Source of the DNA: Marsupella aquatica
Taxonomy: Eukaryota; Plantae; Marchantiophyta
NCBI GenBank assembly: GCA_973895155.1
Contig: OZ316895.1
Coordinates: 5,536,587-5,600,586 of the forward strand
DNA length: 64,000 nucleotides
Direction of reading: 5' to 3'
Positions 13,973 to 26,409 of the stretch are shown here, one piece after another. The notes under the pieces are model-generated. The model was not told the origin of the DNA and made no database searches. It worked only from the letters and a program-made list of their open reading frames with translations. The position numbers were made by a program, and so were the translations under genes. Positions within the stretch are counted from its first letter, which is position 1; the number at the start of each line of letters is the position of its first letter.

Positions 13973-14563
13973 TAGTTGTAGTATTTTAAGTTAGTGTTTG
14001 TTTGCAAAGCAAAAATAATGGTTTCTTGAAACAACCAGACTCTTGAAAATTCCCCCTTACATAGTAGACTATGCTGAGAAAAACTTGAACAACCTCAGGG
14101 AGAAGAACAAGGCTTGGGAAAGCCCCAATCTGAGATGGCTACTTAGTGCAACGATTGATGTTGGCTAGCTAATTAGAAATTGGTTTACTAGCAAACTCGT
14201 GCAACAAACTTGTAATTCCATGAATCTGTTTTGTACTACTAATCTGTTTCATATGATAAGTCAAAGTTGATGCTCAAACGGCCCACAATTTTTGACCCAA
14301 GGATTTTAATTGACCAAACACATTTAGGGACCCAAAAAGTGAGCACTTGTACAACAGAAAGGTGCTAACTGAGTAACATTTAATTTTTCAGAGTGGTCAA
14401 TGCAAGTAGGAACAGTCCATCCAAGCACGCATCTTGTTAGATGTTGTGGTGTAAGGGGACTTCAGTTTCTCATGGGAGCTCATTCTTGGAGAAAATACTC
14501 TAGATGTTAGGGCTATCACCTGTGTAGCACTCCAAAAGTTGGCTCATATGCTCTCCATCTCTA

Positions 14564-14870
14564 CAGTGTTTATCCATAATAAGTGTTACTACAAAATCAG
14601 TGAGAATTTCACTAATTTTGGTGAACATGATCTTGAGTTCAAAAAACAATCACTCCTCAGTTTTTCAAAATGTTTTCTTTCCATTTTTGTCTAAAGTGTT
14701 CATAAAAATGGGTGACATTTAGTCCACATTAAACCTAGTTCTTGTCAAATTTTCAAGCTAGATATTTTTTTCTCACTATTTTCCCACTCTTAAGACCAGG
14801 ATATCACTAAATCATGCAAGCAAAAATTGTTAAATTGGAATGAGTAACACTAATTCATGAGTAGAGCCTG
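14564..14870. mobile_element. Possible decayed hAT-like MITE
   Basis: CAG...CTG termini with imperfect inverted similarity including AGTGTTACT / AGTAACACT; no TSD. Confidence 0.3.
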
Positions 14871-16793
14871 AATTTATCTGCTCTTGAATTAGTGAGTACC
14901 ATCGCTGATTGCAATTGAATTGAGCATAAGGTAGTCAATTTAATTGGCCAGGCCTGTCCCAGGTTTTCCTGTGGGTGCTACGGCTGTCTAGCCGGTTTCT
15001 ATAGTGCTCTACGAGTTTTGGCCATAGAAGGGTGGAAAGGAAAGTGGCATTTGTCACCTGATTTTGAAAATAAATTGAAAATAAATTTAAGGTTCATGCC
15101 TTGCTAGGTTGTCTTCTTGCTGCTGCTACAGTGAGTGGGAGAAACTCTTACAACAATTTTCAATTAGTATCTCGTTATCCTCCATCCAGTCATCGTTTAG
15201 CGTGCCATTTCAAATACAGTACACTACTTTAGTGTGGAGATGCTCGCATTGATCCAGATACCTTATTATTGTTATTATTATTACGTTATAATATTCCCGA
15301 TCGACAATAATGTTAGGCTGATATTTGTGCTTACGGTCAATTCGCACCACAAAAAGTCACTATTTCACATGAAAATCGTGGGCCGTCAGGGAATTGCACA
15401 GTCACCCGTTACTGTCCCTTATCATACTATATCACAGGACCTCCTCAGAAATTTTAATTATTTTCTATAACATGAAACACCACTGTTGTTTTCCTGTTTT
15501 CCTTTCTTAGATCTTACTAGTAATTTGATACGGAAACCCTACTTTTATGGCCTGTGTCTAGAGAGCCTTGACTGTAATTTTGCCTCTGTCACTTATTTTG
15601 GGGGTGTAGGGAATGGGGAAAAATTGTAAATAAATGTCAATAATAAAGAATGTATTTCTTTTTTTTTGTCTTGAACGGAAATGGGGAGGAAATACAATTA
15701 GACTCCCCCCATCTCAAAGAATGTGTTTCTTGTTATTTTGTTTTGCGCTCCTATATTTACCTTCAAAAGAATGGGTAGTCAGGCTCCTATATTTACCTTC
15801 AAAAGAATGGGTAGTCAGACGAGTGAATACATAACATCTGCAATTAAGGACTGTTTATAAATAATGATACACTAAAACTTCAGTGTTCACATCAAAACAC
15901 TAGCACATCTTTAAATTTGCATAACAAATTTTGTCAACACTGAAATATTTTACGAGTAAGGTTCAAGGATTTAATGACTAATTAGTATTTTTTTCTAACC
16001 CGGATGACACTAAGGTATTCTACGTCCCAGACGGCATACGGTAAGTAAAGAGGTCTACCCAGCCGTCCCCGTACTCCGTCGGAAGACCGGCCCCTAGGAT
16101 ATTCGATTCCTGACTTGTAATATTCCCTCTCATTCCAAAGTTTGCCTTTCCGTCGTATGTCCTCTGTTTTGATTTCTCCTTCCTTCCGTTGTCCCCTGTT
16201 CCGCCTCTCCTCTGCTTCTCATCTCGCGACTCTGTTTTGTCCCCTGTTTCTCCGCTCGTCGCTCCCCTGCTCTCTGTTTCCGTGCGTTGTCGTCGTGTGA
16301 ATGATCTGATCCTGTGTGGAAACGGACCGGCGAAGGGAACAGAGAGACGGAACGGGAGAGAGAGACACACGCACACAAACTAGCACGCAAACATTCGGAG
16401 AGGCCCACAGATAGAGACCCACCCACAGAAATGCTCGACAACACAAACACAGGACCTCGTTTCGCCTTCGAGGACCTGACGCCGCCCTGTCTGTGACGCG
16501 AGGGGCTTCGTAGTGGCTGACTCTCGTGACAGCTGAATCAGAGAAGAGTGACACGAACATTTCAGCGTCTCACGTATGGTACGTGATTTCTGGGAACAAT
16601 GATTGATTGATTGATAGATTGATGGAAAATGGAAAGTGGAAGGAAAGAATTTTTGAAGAGTGTAGGGATGAGTTCTGAGACTCACGAGAGGTGATGGAGA
16701 GAGAGAGAGAGAGGGTGAATTGAATTGAGCTGCTTTGATGTTGTGAACTCCTCGGGGTTTGGTGACGGGCATCGACGAGAAAGCAGAGCAGAC

Positions 16794-17271
16794 GAGCTCT
16801 GTCCGTGTGGGATCGTACGGGTTTTATCTCTTTGGGCGGGGTCTAGGAGTTGGAATGATGAGCTGCGTCCTCGTGGGATCGTATGGATTATCTATTCGGG
16901 CGGTGTGTAGGCGTTAGATCGTGATCTATATGCGATTGCCCGAGTTATCTGTAGGGGCGGCGTTTAGGAGTACGATAATGAAGCTGAGTCCTGGTGTGAT
17001 CCTATGAGTTATCTCTGGGAGGCAGCACCTCTCTCCATCAAGCTGCGTTTCCTGGCTTGAGTAGTGTCGTCAGCTACAGTTTTGAGCAATGATGTCTTTC
17101 TTGTCTGAGACCAAAGAATGGGAATGCCATTACGTTTTATTGCTTAGGTGATGGCCTTTGAGCATTTGCCTACGTTGATTTTGGCCCGCGGTCAATAAGA
17201 GTCTTTTTTCAAGTTGTTTCAGATTTCTTGGAACGTGCGCAGCTGAACTAATCTTAGCAATCGAATCTAAT
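16794..17271 (-). repeat. Right arm of the diverged inverted repeat (homolog of 11051-11942)
   Basis: CTCCATCAAGCTGCGTTTCCTGGCTTG (about 17033-17059) is the exact reverse complement of about 11269-11295. GATTTCTTGGAA and the 62-63 bp units are also present in reverse. Confidence 0.8.
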
Positions 17272-17864
17272 CGAAATTTGTGCTCTCTTTATTCAGACGT
17301 CAACGCCCTGCAAATCAAAAATCTGGCGGCCAGTTTCGGTCAGAATTTACTGCGTGTTTTGCAGTGGCTTTGGTCAGAATTTGTGCCGACCTTCCATGGT
17401 GTAGTCCGGTTCTAAATTCTGTCCCCTTCAATCTCGAGTCTCTCGCTCCGCCTGCACCGACGGCCGGTGAGATTCTCGCTGCTGATGAATGAAGCCGATT
17501 GAACTAGCTAGGTGCAACAGCAGAGTTTTCTTCTTTCCTTCCTCGTTTGTGCGAGTATGAGGAAGGAGACTGTCGAGTGCGCATTGGGAAGATCTCTGTG
17601 GTTGAGCGTGAGAACTTTATTGTGGAGGAGATGGTGAGCTGACCAAGGGGGCCATTTGAGTTGGGGACGGGTCGGTGAAAAAGGAGTGGGGATGGGTGAG
17701 TGAAGATGAATTATTAAAACCACTGTGGAAGCTGTAACGTTTGCAGGCGGACATTTACGATATACATAATTGCTTAGGTCAGTAAAGGGAGGGAGAGGGA
17801 GGGAGAGGGAATCGACGACTACGAGGCATAGCAAGGAGGAGCCGGAGGAAGAAAGCGGGGAATT

Positions 17865-20800
17865 ATGAAGGGGGTAATAGCCACGATGGCTCATACCCCC
17901 GCCGTGTGCTCTTCGCCGCCTGCTGCGAGCTCGGCATCTTCGTCGTTTTTCCACCTGTGGAGCAGCAGCGACTGTAAGCAGCATCGCAAGGTGGGAAGGC
18001 GAGCAGGCTCCTGCCAATGCTCCGTTCGGGCGGCACGCCATCTCAGATTGGGTCATCGTCATCACAAGCTCAGCCTACGATACGACCCGCTGTTGTTCTC
18101 CTGCTTCAATCTGGTAAAATTTGCACTCCAATAGCCGTGCCTTAGCTGTGCTTTGATGGTCAACGTTTGGAACCGGTTACAGTATCATATTTCATCGTAA
18201 GGTTGCCAATTGACGAGGAGGACAGAAAATTATGTCGTCAGGGATGGCATTTCTCCCTGGGATTTCGATTATCAGACGATCTAGGTCGATACAATTGAGA
18301 GGTCGAGGTGGTGCTTCACCATTCTGGTTGGGTTGGATTTGCTGGGGACGAGTAGCTCGGAAATTTGATTCGTGTATGCGGCCAACAAGTTTGCTTTTTC
18401 TCCATCGGCATCCATAATGTTATCCCTTACGATTGTCCGATGTTGAGTCCCTCCCTTTGTGATGAGTGATCTTCGGTACACAAGTCGTTAATGGAACGCG
18501 ACGTCTTGAGCACAGATTTCGTGGCTCTGTTTGCTTCGCTCTCCACTCTTCTTGCTGAAAATAAATTAATTTCAGAGCTCTTAAGGGGAAGAGGTTGTCA
18601 TAATGGCGCATGTGAGGGAAGCAATCAGGTTATGGAATGGGTATCCTCTTATTGGTAAGGTAGATCGTTAGTTCGTGAGGACTGAAAATGGAACATGGAA
18701 GTCCAAAGTGCACGAGATGCGTCAAGATGCAAGTATTCATTTATGTAGCTCACCTCATGTCAGTTGTTTTGAATATCAGTTGGGAACTACTAAGATAGAG
18801 AGCAGGCAAAGGGTGGCTCGGGAAGGAGGGCAGGTGCAAAAGTAGTTACTGCTGGAAAGAGATCCCGAAAATTGCGGTCATTGTACTCAGCGTTGTCTTT
18901 GTTCTATAGTCGCTGAGTAGATGGGAGCTTCGTTTTCACCCACATTCTGTTACCCCTTTACCGAGGAATGAAAGGTTTAGCCGGTTAAGTTACACCAGCT
19001 CGACTGTCCCTTATACGGAAGATTATGTTAACATCGGAACTCACTTCTTAAATCGATGGAATGCAGTCGGAGTCAGCCGCACCGTGGCGACATTCAGCTG
19101 AGGTGAGTGGTGCGGGAGGGCTTGATGAGGATCACATGGGAGGAGGAGCCAGGCTTCGACCCCATCAATCGAGAAGACTGATGGCTTGGGAGGTGGCCAA
19201 GAAGGCGGCTGCAAGACCAACAGAGGCTACGTCAGTGACTGGCGAAGTCGGAGAGCTGAGTAAGATGAATGGGGCCAGGCCTGATCCTTATGTGATCCTA
19301 AATCTTGGATCCTTGATACGACGAGTTCCATTCCAGCGTTTCACTGTGTGGATGTGTGTTGGAATCACGATGTACCAACTGCGAGATTTTGTCGGGGTTG
19401 GTGCTCTTCCCTGGTTCCGAAGACCTGTTGTCAGAACTCCTTACTGTCGTTAATTGGTACTTATCTGGATTGGAATGGTCAAACGTCTCACTCTGCACAA
19501 ATTCCGCACCATCTAAGTTGTGTGACTTTCAAGGAAATGCGATTAGAAGCAATCATGGGTAATGCCTCTCAACTAAGTGGGAATTTCGTGTTCCGTGCAG
19601 ATCATAATGGGGACAGTTGTTCTATCAGTAGTGGGCAATTCGCTGGTAGCATGGGCTGAAGATTATCTTCCGGGCAGGCGGCGTGTGTTGGTGGCTTCAA
19701 TGTATGCTGTAATTATAGCTGCTTTAGTAGGCATCGGCATTGTCTACATTCCTCGCCTCACCCAGGAAGGAGCCAAGGTCATTGCTCGGATCCAGGTAAT
19801 GGGTGTCTTTCTTTCTGTGGTGTAGTATTCAGCAATATAAGAAAATGTTTGCAGAATTTTTGAATAGCTTTTAGGAATCTGCAATGGTTATGATCTCCTA
19901 GTTAAATGTGGATTGATTGAATGAGTCATAGGATGCCAGAGCGTACAGGAGACTAACCGGGAGCAAGGCAATTGGTTAATCATAGACATATCTCAGTAAA
20001 TAATGAATGTTCTTACAGATCCAACAATGAAACTAGAGAAATAACCTTCCATGCTGTGTTTTAAGTTTTGTTTCTTGCAGCATCCACGTCTATCTAGAAC
20101 TCTATGCCTATCGTGATTTGTTTGTGAGATAAAAAGTGAATCAACAGCTGACTCAAGAATCAACCTTTCAGGCGGCGCAAGATCCATATACACTGATCTC
20201 TGACAGACTGAGACATACATTAGGGGAACAAGTCACAGATCAGGTACAAACTTACCTTCTAAGTTGTTTGTGCGTTACTTAATTTGTCGGGGAAGACTCG
20301 TCCCACTAATTCTTGAGTCGGCGAATTGCTGTCAAGGCCATCCTTTGTGTCAAAGTGTTCCGTTTGTCCAGCCCGCTCTCATTTAGTTGATCAGTTACGC
20401 AGCAATGGTGTGCACTGATACCGAAATGTTGTATGTTTGTTTGGCATGTTTCTCCGATTTGCCCACAGTTGGAGCGTTTTCTGCTTGTCCTCACCAAACC
20501 AGACACTGTTGTGCTGGTAAGTGTTTAATAATTTTCCTGTCCTTCGAGTGATATGTGAATGCCCCGATGGGTTGCTCGGAATCTGGAGCTGTTCCTGACA
20601 TTTCATTGCAGTTTTTGTGTCTCGGAGATCATGTCTTTAACTCATGTTAGTGTTATTGATTGATTGAACGAAGTGAGGTTAAGTAGTGAGATCTCAAAAT
20701 CTGGAAACAGTATGCAGCGGTAGGGTAGTAGCACATCAGAAAATATACCCCACGGGTCTATAATAAATAAGTTCAATCTCTCGTGACCAAACCCTCTTTT

Positions 20801-22502
20801 TCAAAGACCTGATTATTTCCGAGGTTTTGTGTTTTCCACTTCTTCCATTTGCCACGTACAGTTCTGATGTGAAAGCTCATCGTTGTCTCCAGGAATCTGT
20901 GGCAGGCAGCAGGGCACAAAGGTCCACAGTGCTACAGCAATTGATAAAGGATTATTCAGGAGCTGTGGTTGTGCAGCTGGCTACACTTATATCCGCTTCC
21001 AGTCGCTTTGCTCTGCAGGTATCGGGAGACTCTGGATTTCATCTCTCTGCAGTTGTTCCCATTCGTGTGAAGTTGATTGCATGGGCTTAGGCTACTCAGG
21101 ATAGATCAGAAGTTACATAAGGCACTAGCACACATATTGAGTTGAATTGTAGACTTGTTTGAACTTTGATAACAGATACCGTGGTTCTGATACAGAGTTT
21201 GGTGAGTTTGATATTTTCTTTTATGCTGGTGTGGGATATGCCTGCTATCCGTCGAGGCCTCCAATCGTTGAAGGAGTCGCGTCTCGCTGTTGTCTACCAA
21301 GAAACAGCCCCTGTGGTATTGCTGAAAACTTCTTGAAGCTTTTGGATATTTGTAATAGTTACTTTGGCCAACTATGTATCAGCAATATAGTCAAACGATT
21401 GCATTTAGAGTTGTTGTGCTGTCCTAGATGGGACGTGTCCTAGAGCACTTATGATTGTATAATCTGATTAATGGAGTGTCAATAAACAGGGTCTTGATTT
21501 TTCATTTGTCATGGTAATAGTGAGATACGATCCCACCAATTTGATCACGCGTATGTGCTGAAGACACATACTTGAAATAGACGTTCAATACATGTCTACG
21601 GGCCGTTACCAAGGGAACCTTATTGAGAAGGATTCTAATGACTTCCTCATCTTTGCTTTTTACAGGTCACTACTTTTGGTCAAATATTTGGCAAGGCGTT
21701 GCAAGCACAGAGTGCCATTGCTTTTGTGAACACAGCATTGACTAGTTTGGGGTTGATCGCTATGGGAGTGTCTGGAGTGGGCCTACTCTCCTTACTTGTA
21801 TTCCTGTGTTCATTTATTCCAGTAGCTGGAGTTATAATCTCAACTGTCCCAATTGGTGTGGTCGCGTTTACCGAGTAAGTAAATGACTCACTGGACGCCT
21901 TACGACTGATGTGCATTAGTGTGTTCGCCAGTGCTGCCTAAACCCTAAATCCATTACCAGAATGAATGTGGTCATGCCGATGCAGAATTGACTAGAGGGT
22001 TAATGCTTTCTGAGAGTTTCGTAGGACCAAGTACTAGGTCTTTGTTGGTAGTTCTCACGCAAACCTACTCTTGGCTGCTTTTGTCTGTGTCGCAGATCAG
22101 GACTCTGGCAATTGGCTCTGGTTGTTGTGATGGTAATTCTCATACATGCTGTGGAGGCATACATTCTGAACCCTGCAATATACTCAGGTTTGGCTGTTTC
22201 TGACTCATCAGAATAACTTTCCTGTCGTGGGTCAATTCCACAGTTCCACGTACATTTTATCTTTGGTTTGAAGTCTGGTTTTCTTCATACACCATATGTC
22301 GTGCTGACTTTGTTATGTTGAATTTGCAGCACATCTGAAGCTTCACCCGTTAATGGCTCTGGCTGTTCTGGTCTTTGCTGAGCACGCCCTAGGTGTGTGG
22401 GGGCTTATTGTGGCCGTTCCAATGACTGTCTTCTTCATTGAGTACGTAATTAAAAGGACTCCAATGCTTCTGCCCACTCCAGTTACAAACGCACCTTCAT
22501 AG
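17865..22502 (+). CDS. AI-2E family (PerM/UPF0118) transporter with a probable plastid transit peptide
   Basis: In-frame exons: 17865-18113, 19067-19396, 19601-19795, 20172-20243, 20469-20516, 20893-21018, 21196-21315, 21666-21874, 22096-22187, 22330-22502. Motifs LVFLCSFIPVAGVIISTVP, IHAVEAYILNPAIYS and LKLHPLMALAVLVFAEHALGVWGLIVAVP are typical of AI-2E proteins. The first exon and start codon are less certain. Confidence 0.88.
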
Positions 22503-24129
22503 ATTTCATTCGGTGGCCACACATTGCTTGGGCAACATGAAGCTCGAGAGCTCTCAGGGACCAAAGGAATCTTCTTCATGGCCTTTGGCGGGTATTGAAG
22601 GGAAACAAGAGTTTACCCCAAAGCTGTTCTCGAAGGATCAAAACAGAGGGTTTCAAGTTGAGATGGTGCCAGACTGAGTTTTGGCAGTGGAAGCGAGCCA
22701 ATTTTTTTGTAGAGAAGGGCCGGCATATTCCTTGAGTGTGTATTGTAACTAGCGCATACAGGCCCATTTACACGAAAGAAGATTTTTAACATCAGAGTAG
22801 GTATCAACGTGACAGTAAGTAAGCATTCCTTCGGTGCAAAAAAGTCATTGAGAAGTCAACTCATTTGACGTTTTGGTCATTGAGAACAACTCGCTTGACG
22901 TTTTGGCATAGAAGACAGCAATCGCAGGCATCGTCCGCATGTACATCTGAAATGCAAAAGTGCCAGTCTATTTCCTAGCTGACCCTTGACGTGTAACTTT
23001 AGGTCCTGCACGATCAAAAGGAGAACTGAGTTTGGTCGAAGGATCCATTTGCATCTGGCTTGTGCAGTACCCTAACAGCTATCGTTAGATATCTGGGTTT
23101 GTGTTCATCCATGCTCTCTTCAGCAAGATTTCAGTTGAAGGAAAGCCTTTGCACCTGCAGCCATTTCAGTGTATCTAAAATTCGTAGTGTCAACTAATAC
23201 AAAAAGAAGAGGTCGTCTGCCGAGACTTCATAAACCAAAAAAGTGGTCTTCGGTTTCTACGTCTGTAACCACGCAATTACGTTGATGATAAAATCCTTGA
23301 AAGGAGAGAAGTCTATTTCGAATTTGCTGCTAAGGGCGTGGGAGACCTTTCATAACCAAATGTCTTGGTGTTCATTAAACCCAGACTCAAGATTATGGCT
23401 ACCAACTTCACCAACGTGTACTGCATGAATTTGCACGAGTACAGAACAATATGCCATAACTTTATGACAATACCGCTTTGTTAATGAAAACTGTGTTGTG
23501 GATACCTGCCGTCCAATTTCTCGAGCAATTACAGAAGTACCTTTTGTCATTCTCTTTTCTCAAATAGGAATTGCATTGTCGCTGTGAAACGGACGGGATT
23601 GAGTGGTCAAGACCGTCGATGCCACTGGAGTTGTCTGTAAACATCCACAATGGCATCTAGCTGTCATTTTGCATCCATGAAGCCAGGGGATGTAAAGCTA
23701 AGAGGAAGGTGTCGAAAACATCAGCTGTAGAAGATTTTGGCCACATGGAGCTGGAAGATGAAATGGGAAAGATATGGACAGTTGTTGAGAACTATCAAGG
23801 GCAGGAGCTACGAAGGAGGATGAACTCATAGACGACAGTACAAATGAACCGCACTAAAGGAAGGGAAAGGAAATGTCCAGGAAAGTTCCAGACGTGAAGT
23901 TGAAGCATGGTATCAAAATTGCCTTAAGATAAGAAGACCTTGGGGACCCTGGGCAAGGAAATGGAATATTTTTAAGTGACTGTCGTATCAGTAGATCCAA
24001 ACTGAAGTGCGCTTCGTTTCCCGAAGTGTGAAAACTGGTGTTCGACAAAATTGTCGTATTATCTAGCGTATGCGTAACAATAGAATTCTTGGCATCCACT
24101 ATTCACAAGCGTCTACCAGAAGAAACCAT

Positions 24130-24670
24130 CAGCTCGCATGACCTTGGGGCCGGTGAGATATTTTGCAAGCAAGGATAATTTACTCGAACCCAATTATTCA
24201 AAAATGCTATATGATGCAGTTTACAAAGTCTTGGCAAGAAACTATCAGCTCCCAGAACCTTGGGGCCAGTGAGATATTTTGCAAGCAAGGATAGTTTACT
24301 GACGCCCAATTATCCAACGATGCTGCAGTTTGCAAAGTCTCGGCAAGAAACTGTCAGCTCCAATGACCTTGGGGCCAGTGAGATATTGAAAGCAAGGATA
24401 ATCTACTCAAGTCCAATTATTCAACGAAGCCTCTTGTGATGCAGTTTGCAAAGTCTTGGCAAGAAAATAAGCTCCCATGAGCTTGGGGCCAGTGAGATAT
24501 TGCGTACAAGAATAATTTACTCAAGGCCAATTATTCATCAAAGCCTCATATGATGCAGTTTGCAAAGTCTTGGCAAGAAACTGTCAGCTCAGGCTTTTGC
24601 AAGCAAGGATAATTTACTTAAGCCCAATTTATTCAACGACGCCTCCTGTGATTCTGTTTGCAAAGTCTGG
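24130..24670. repeat. Tandem repeat, unit about 108-116 bp, about 4.5 copies
   Basis: CTTGGGGCC(A/G)GTGAGATATT...CAAGGATAATTTACTC...GATGCAGTTTGCAAAGTCTTGGCAAGAAA starts near 24141, 24256, 24365 and 24479, plus a deleted last copy. Confidence 0.9.
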
Positions 24671-24949
24671 GCTGACTGATGATCAGTGTTGTTATGCAGC
24701 AGTCACTCATTTGATTCTCTTTGGAAAATCCTCCTGGAGTGCCCATCCGTCCAACACAGGTTTTCTTCTTTTCCACGATTCACTACCATGACTCGACATG
24801 GCTCTCTTATCTTTTCCAAGCATAATATTATATTCTACATTACACTGCCCCTAAGTTGTACATCCTTCCCTAAACAATTATACTGTACCAATTATACCGT
24901 AGGCCGACCATGTCTTCCCCTAATATTAGAAGGATTTGTCCTGTAAATG

Positions 24950-25450
24950 CAACAAAAAATTGCAGTTTTGCATAAGTGCAGGTCCACTCTTACCAAATGA
25001 CAAAGTATTGGCACTAAACCACAGAAACATAAAGAGCATTTCAGTCTGTAAGTGTACACATGCATTTATCACTTACTGTTGCATGCATCAGAAGCATTTA
25101 TTGATAAGTGCAACAAACACGTACATAAATATTTTTATGCACTTATCCAGTTGAATTGTGCAGCCAGTGATGGAAGCTTTTCAGTAAGTAGTTGGTATTC
25201 TATCCATGCAATGGGTCCCTTCAAGTAGCAATGTCAAACTTTGTGTCCATCCAAGTTTCCAGTTCAATTTCCACCAAGGTTCATTTTTAAACTTTAGAAA
25301 CAATGTTAATCCCAACCAAGCTACTGACAACCGACCCTCATTTGTTTATCATGCAAAATGTATGTATATTCTTGCCATCGATATATATTTGCTTCGCCTG
25401 GCCAATTCCCCTATCACCTTACTCTGTGGTGGGGGCAATTCACTTCATTC
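24950..25450 (-). pseudogene. Possible highly decayed MULE/SWIM transposase fragment
   Basis: The stop-interrupted minus-strand translation contains NTNYLLKSFHHWL, resembling the TNNxxESxHxxLK motif. Weak support. Confidence 0.25.
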
Positions 25451-26409
25451 TGCTATTTCTCCTGTCACCCTTTGTTTCTCTCTGCAGACAGTGTCTAGAG
25501 CCTTCACTTAGCTTCAAATATGTACATCAAGAAGAAAGGATATTCTTGTCATACTTTATGAAAAAATGTGTACATTATATATCAATGTTTGACATCAAGA
25601 AGGATGGAATATTCCTGCAATATGCAATGATTGTTTTTGTGCAGAAACTACAATGCAGGAGTGGTAAGTCCTACCTGCTAGGTCACTACTCTAAGGATGA
25701 TCAAGTTCACAAATTACCTTTCAAATTACAACACAACAACATCAAAAATTTATTTATATTTCATTTGTCTACTTTAATAACAATGTATTCAGTACTTTAT
25801 ATCAAAATAATTAAAGCATTCCCAAAATATGAGGACCCAGCTCACAAATTATCTTTGAGATTACAGCAGAACGCCATAAATAATTTATTTAGATTTCATT
25901 TTCTGCTTTGAAAATAATGTATCAAGTGTTTAAACCACCACCGCCATATAAAAGGAGTGTCCAAAATTTCTCCCTTTCTCCCATTCTTCTCCTCTACCCT
26001 GAGGTTTTGCTCCTCAATTTCAGGAAAAATACTAAAAATGGTGAAATGTGTGGAACCATGTTTTTGTCATGGCTAGTGGGCTCTTTAATGTCAAAATGAT
26101 GTTAAGAACTGATTTTAGTAATACTCCATAAATAAATAAATTATTGAAATAAATATTTAAATATTTTAGAGTATTTCTAAAATATGTTTCAGGGATGGAA
26201 ATGTAGATGATTATTTATTTCTTAGAGAATTCCCCCAAAACATGTCTCAGGAAGTAGTTTTTTTCCAACAATAATTAATTTTTGTCTAACATTGGTTATC
26301 CCTAAGGTACTGGTCAACTTTTGCTGACTGTCAGGCCAAACTCGGGTTAGCCTGTGGTTAGTTTGGATTCAAGAATGTCTTGGCGCCCTTTTTCAGTCTC
26401 ATTGGTTCG

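Noticed and set aside
25303-25911. 202-aa ORF
   Set aside because: AT-rich with an internal duplication and no protein-like motif; it overlaps a probable TE remnant on the other strand.
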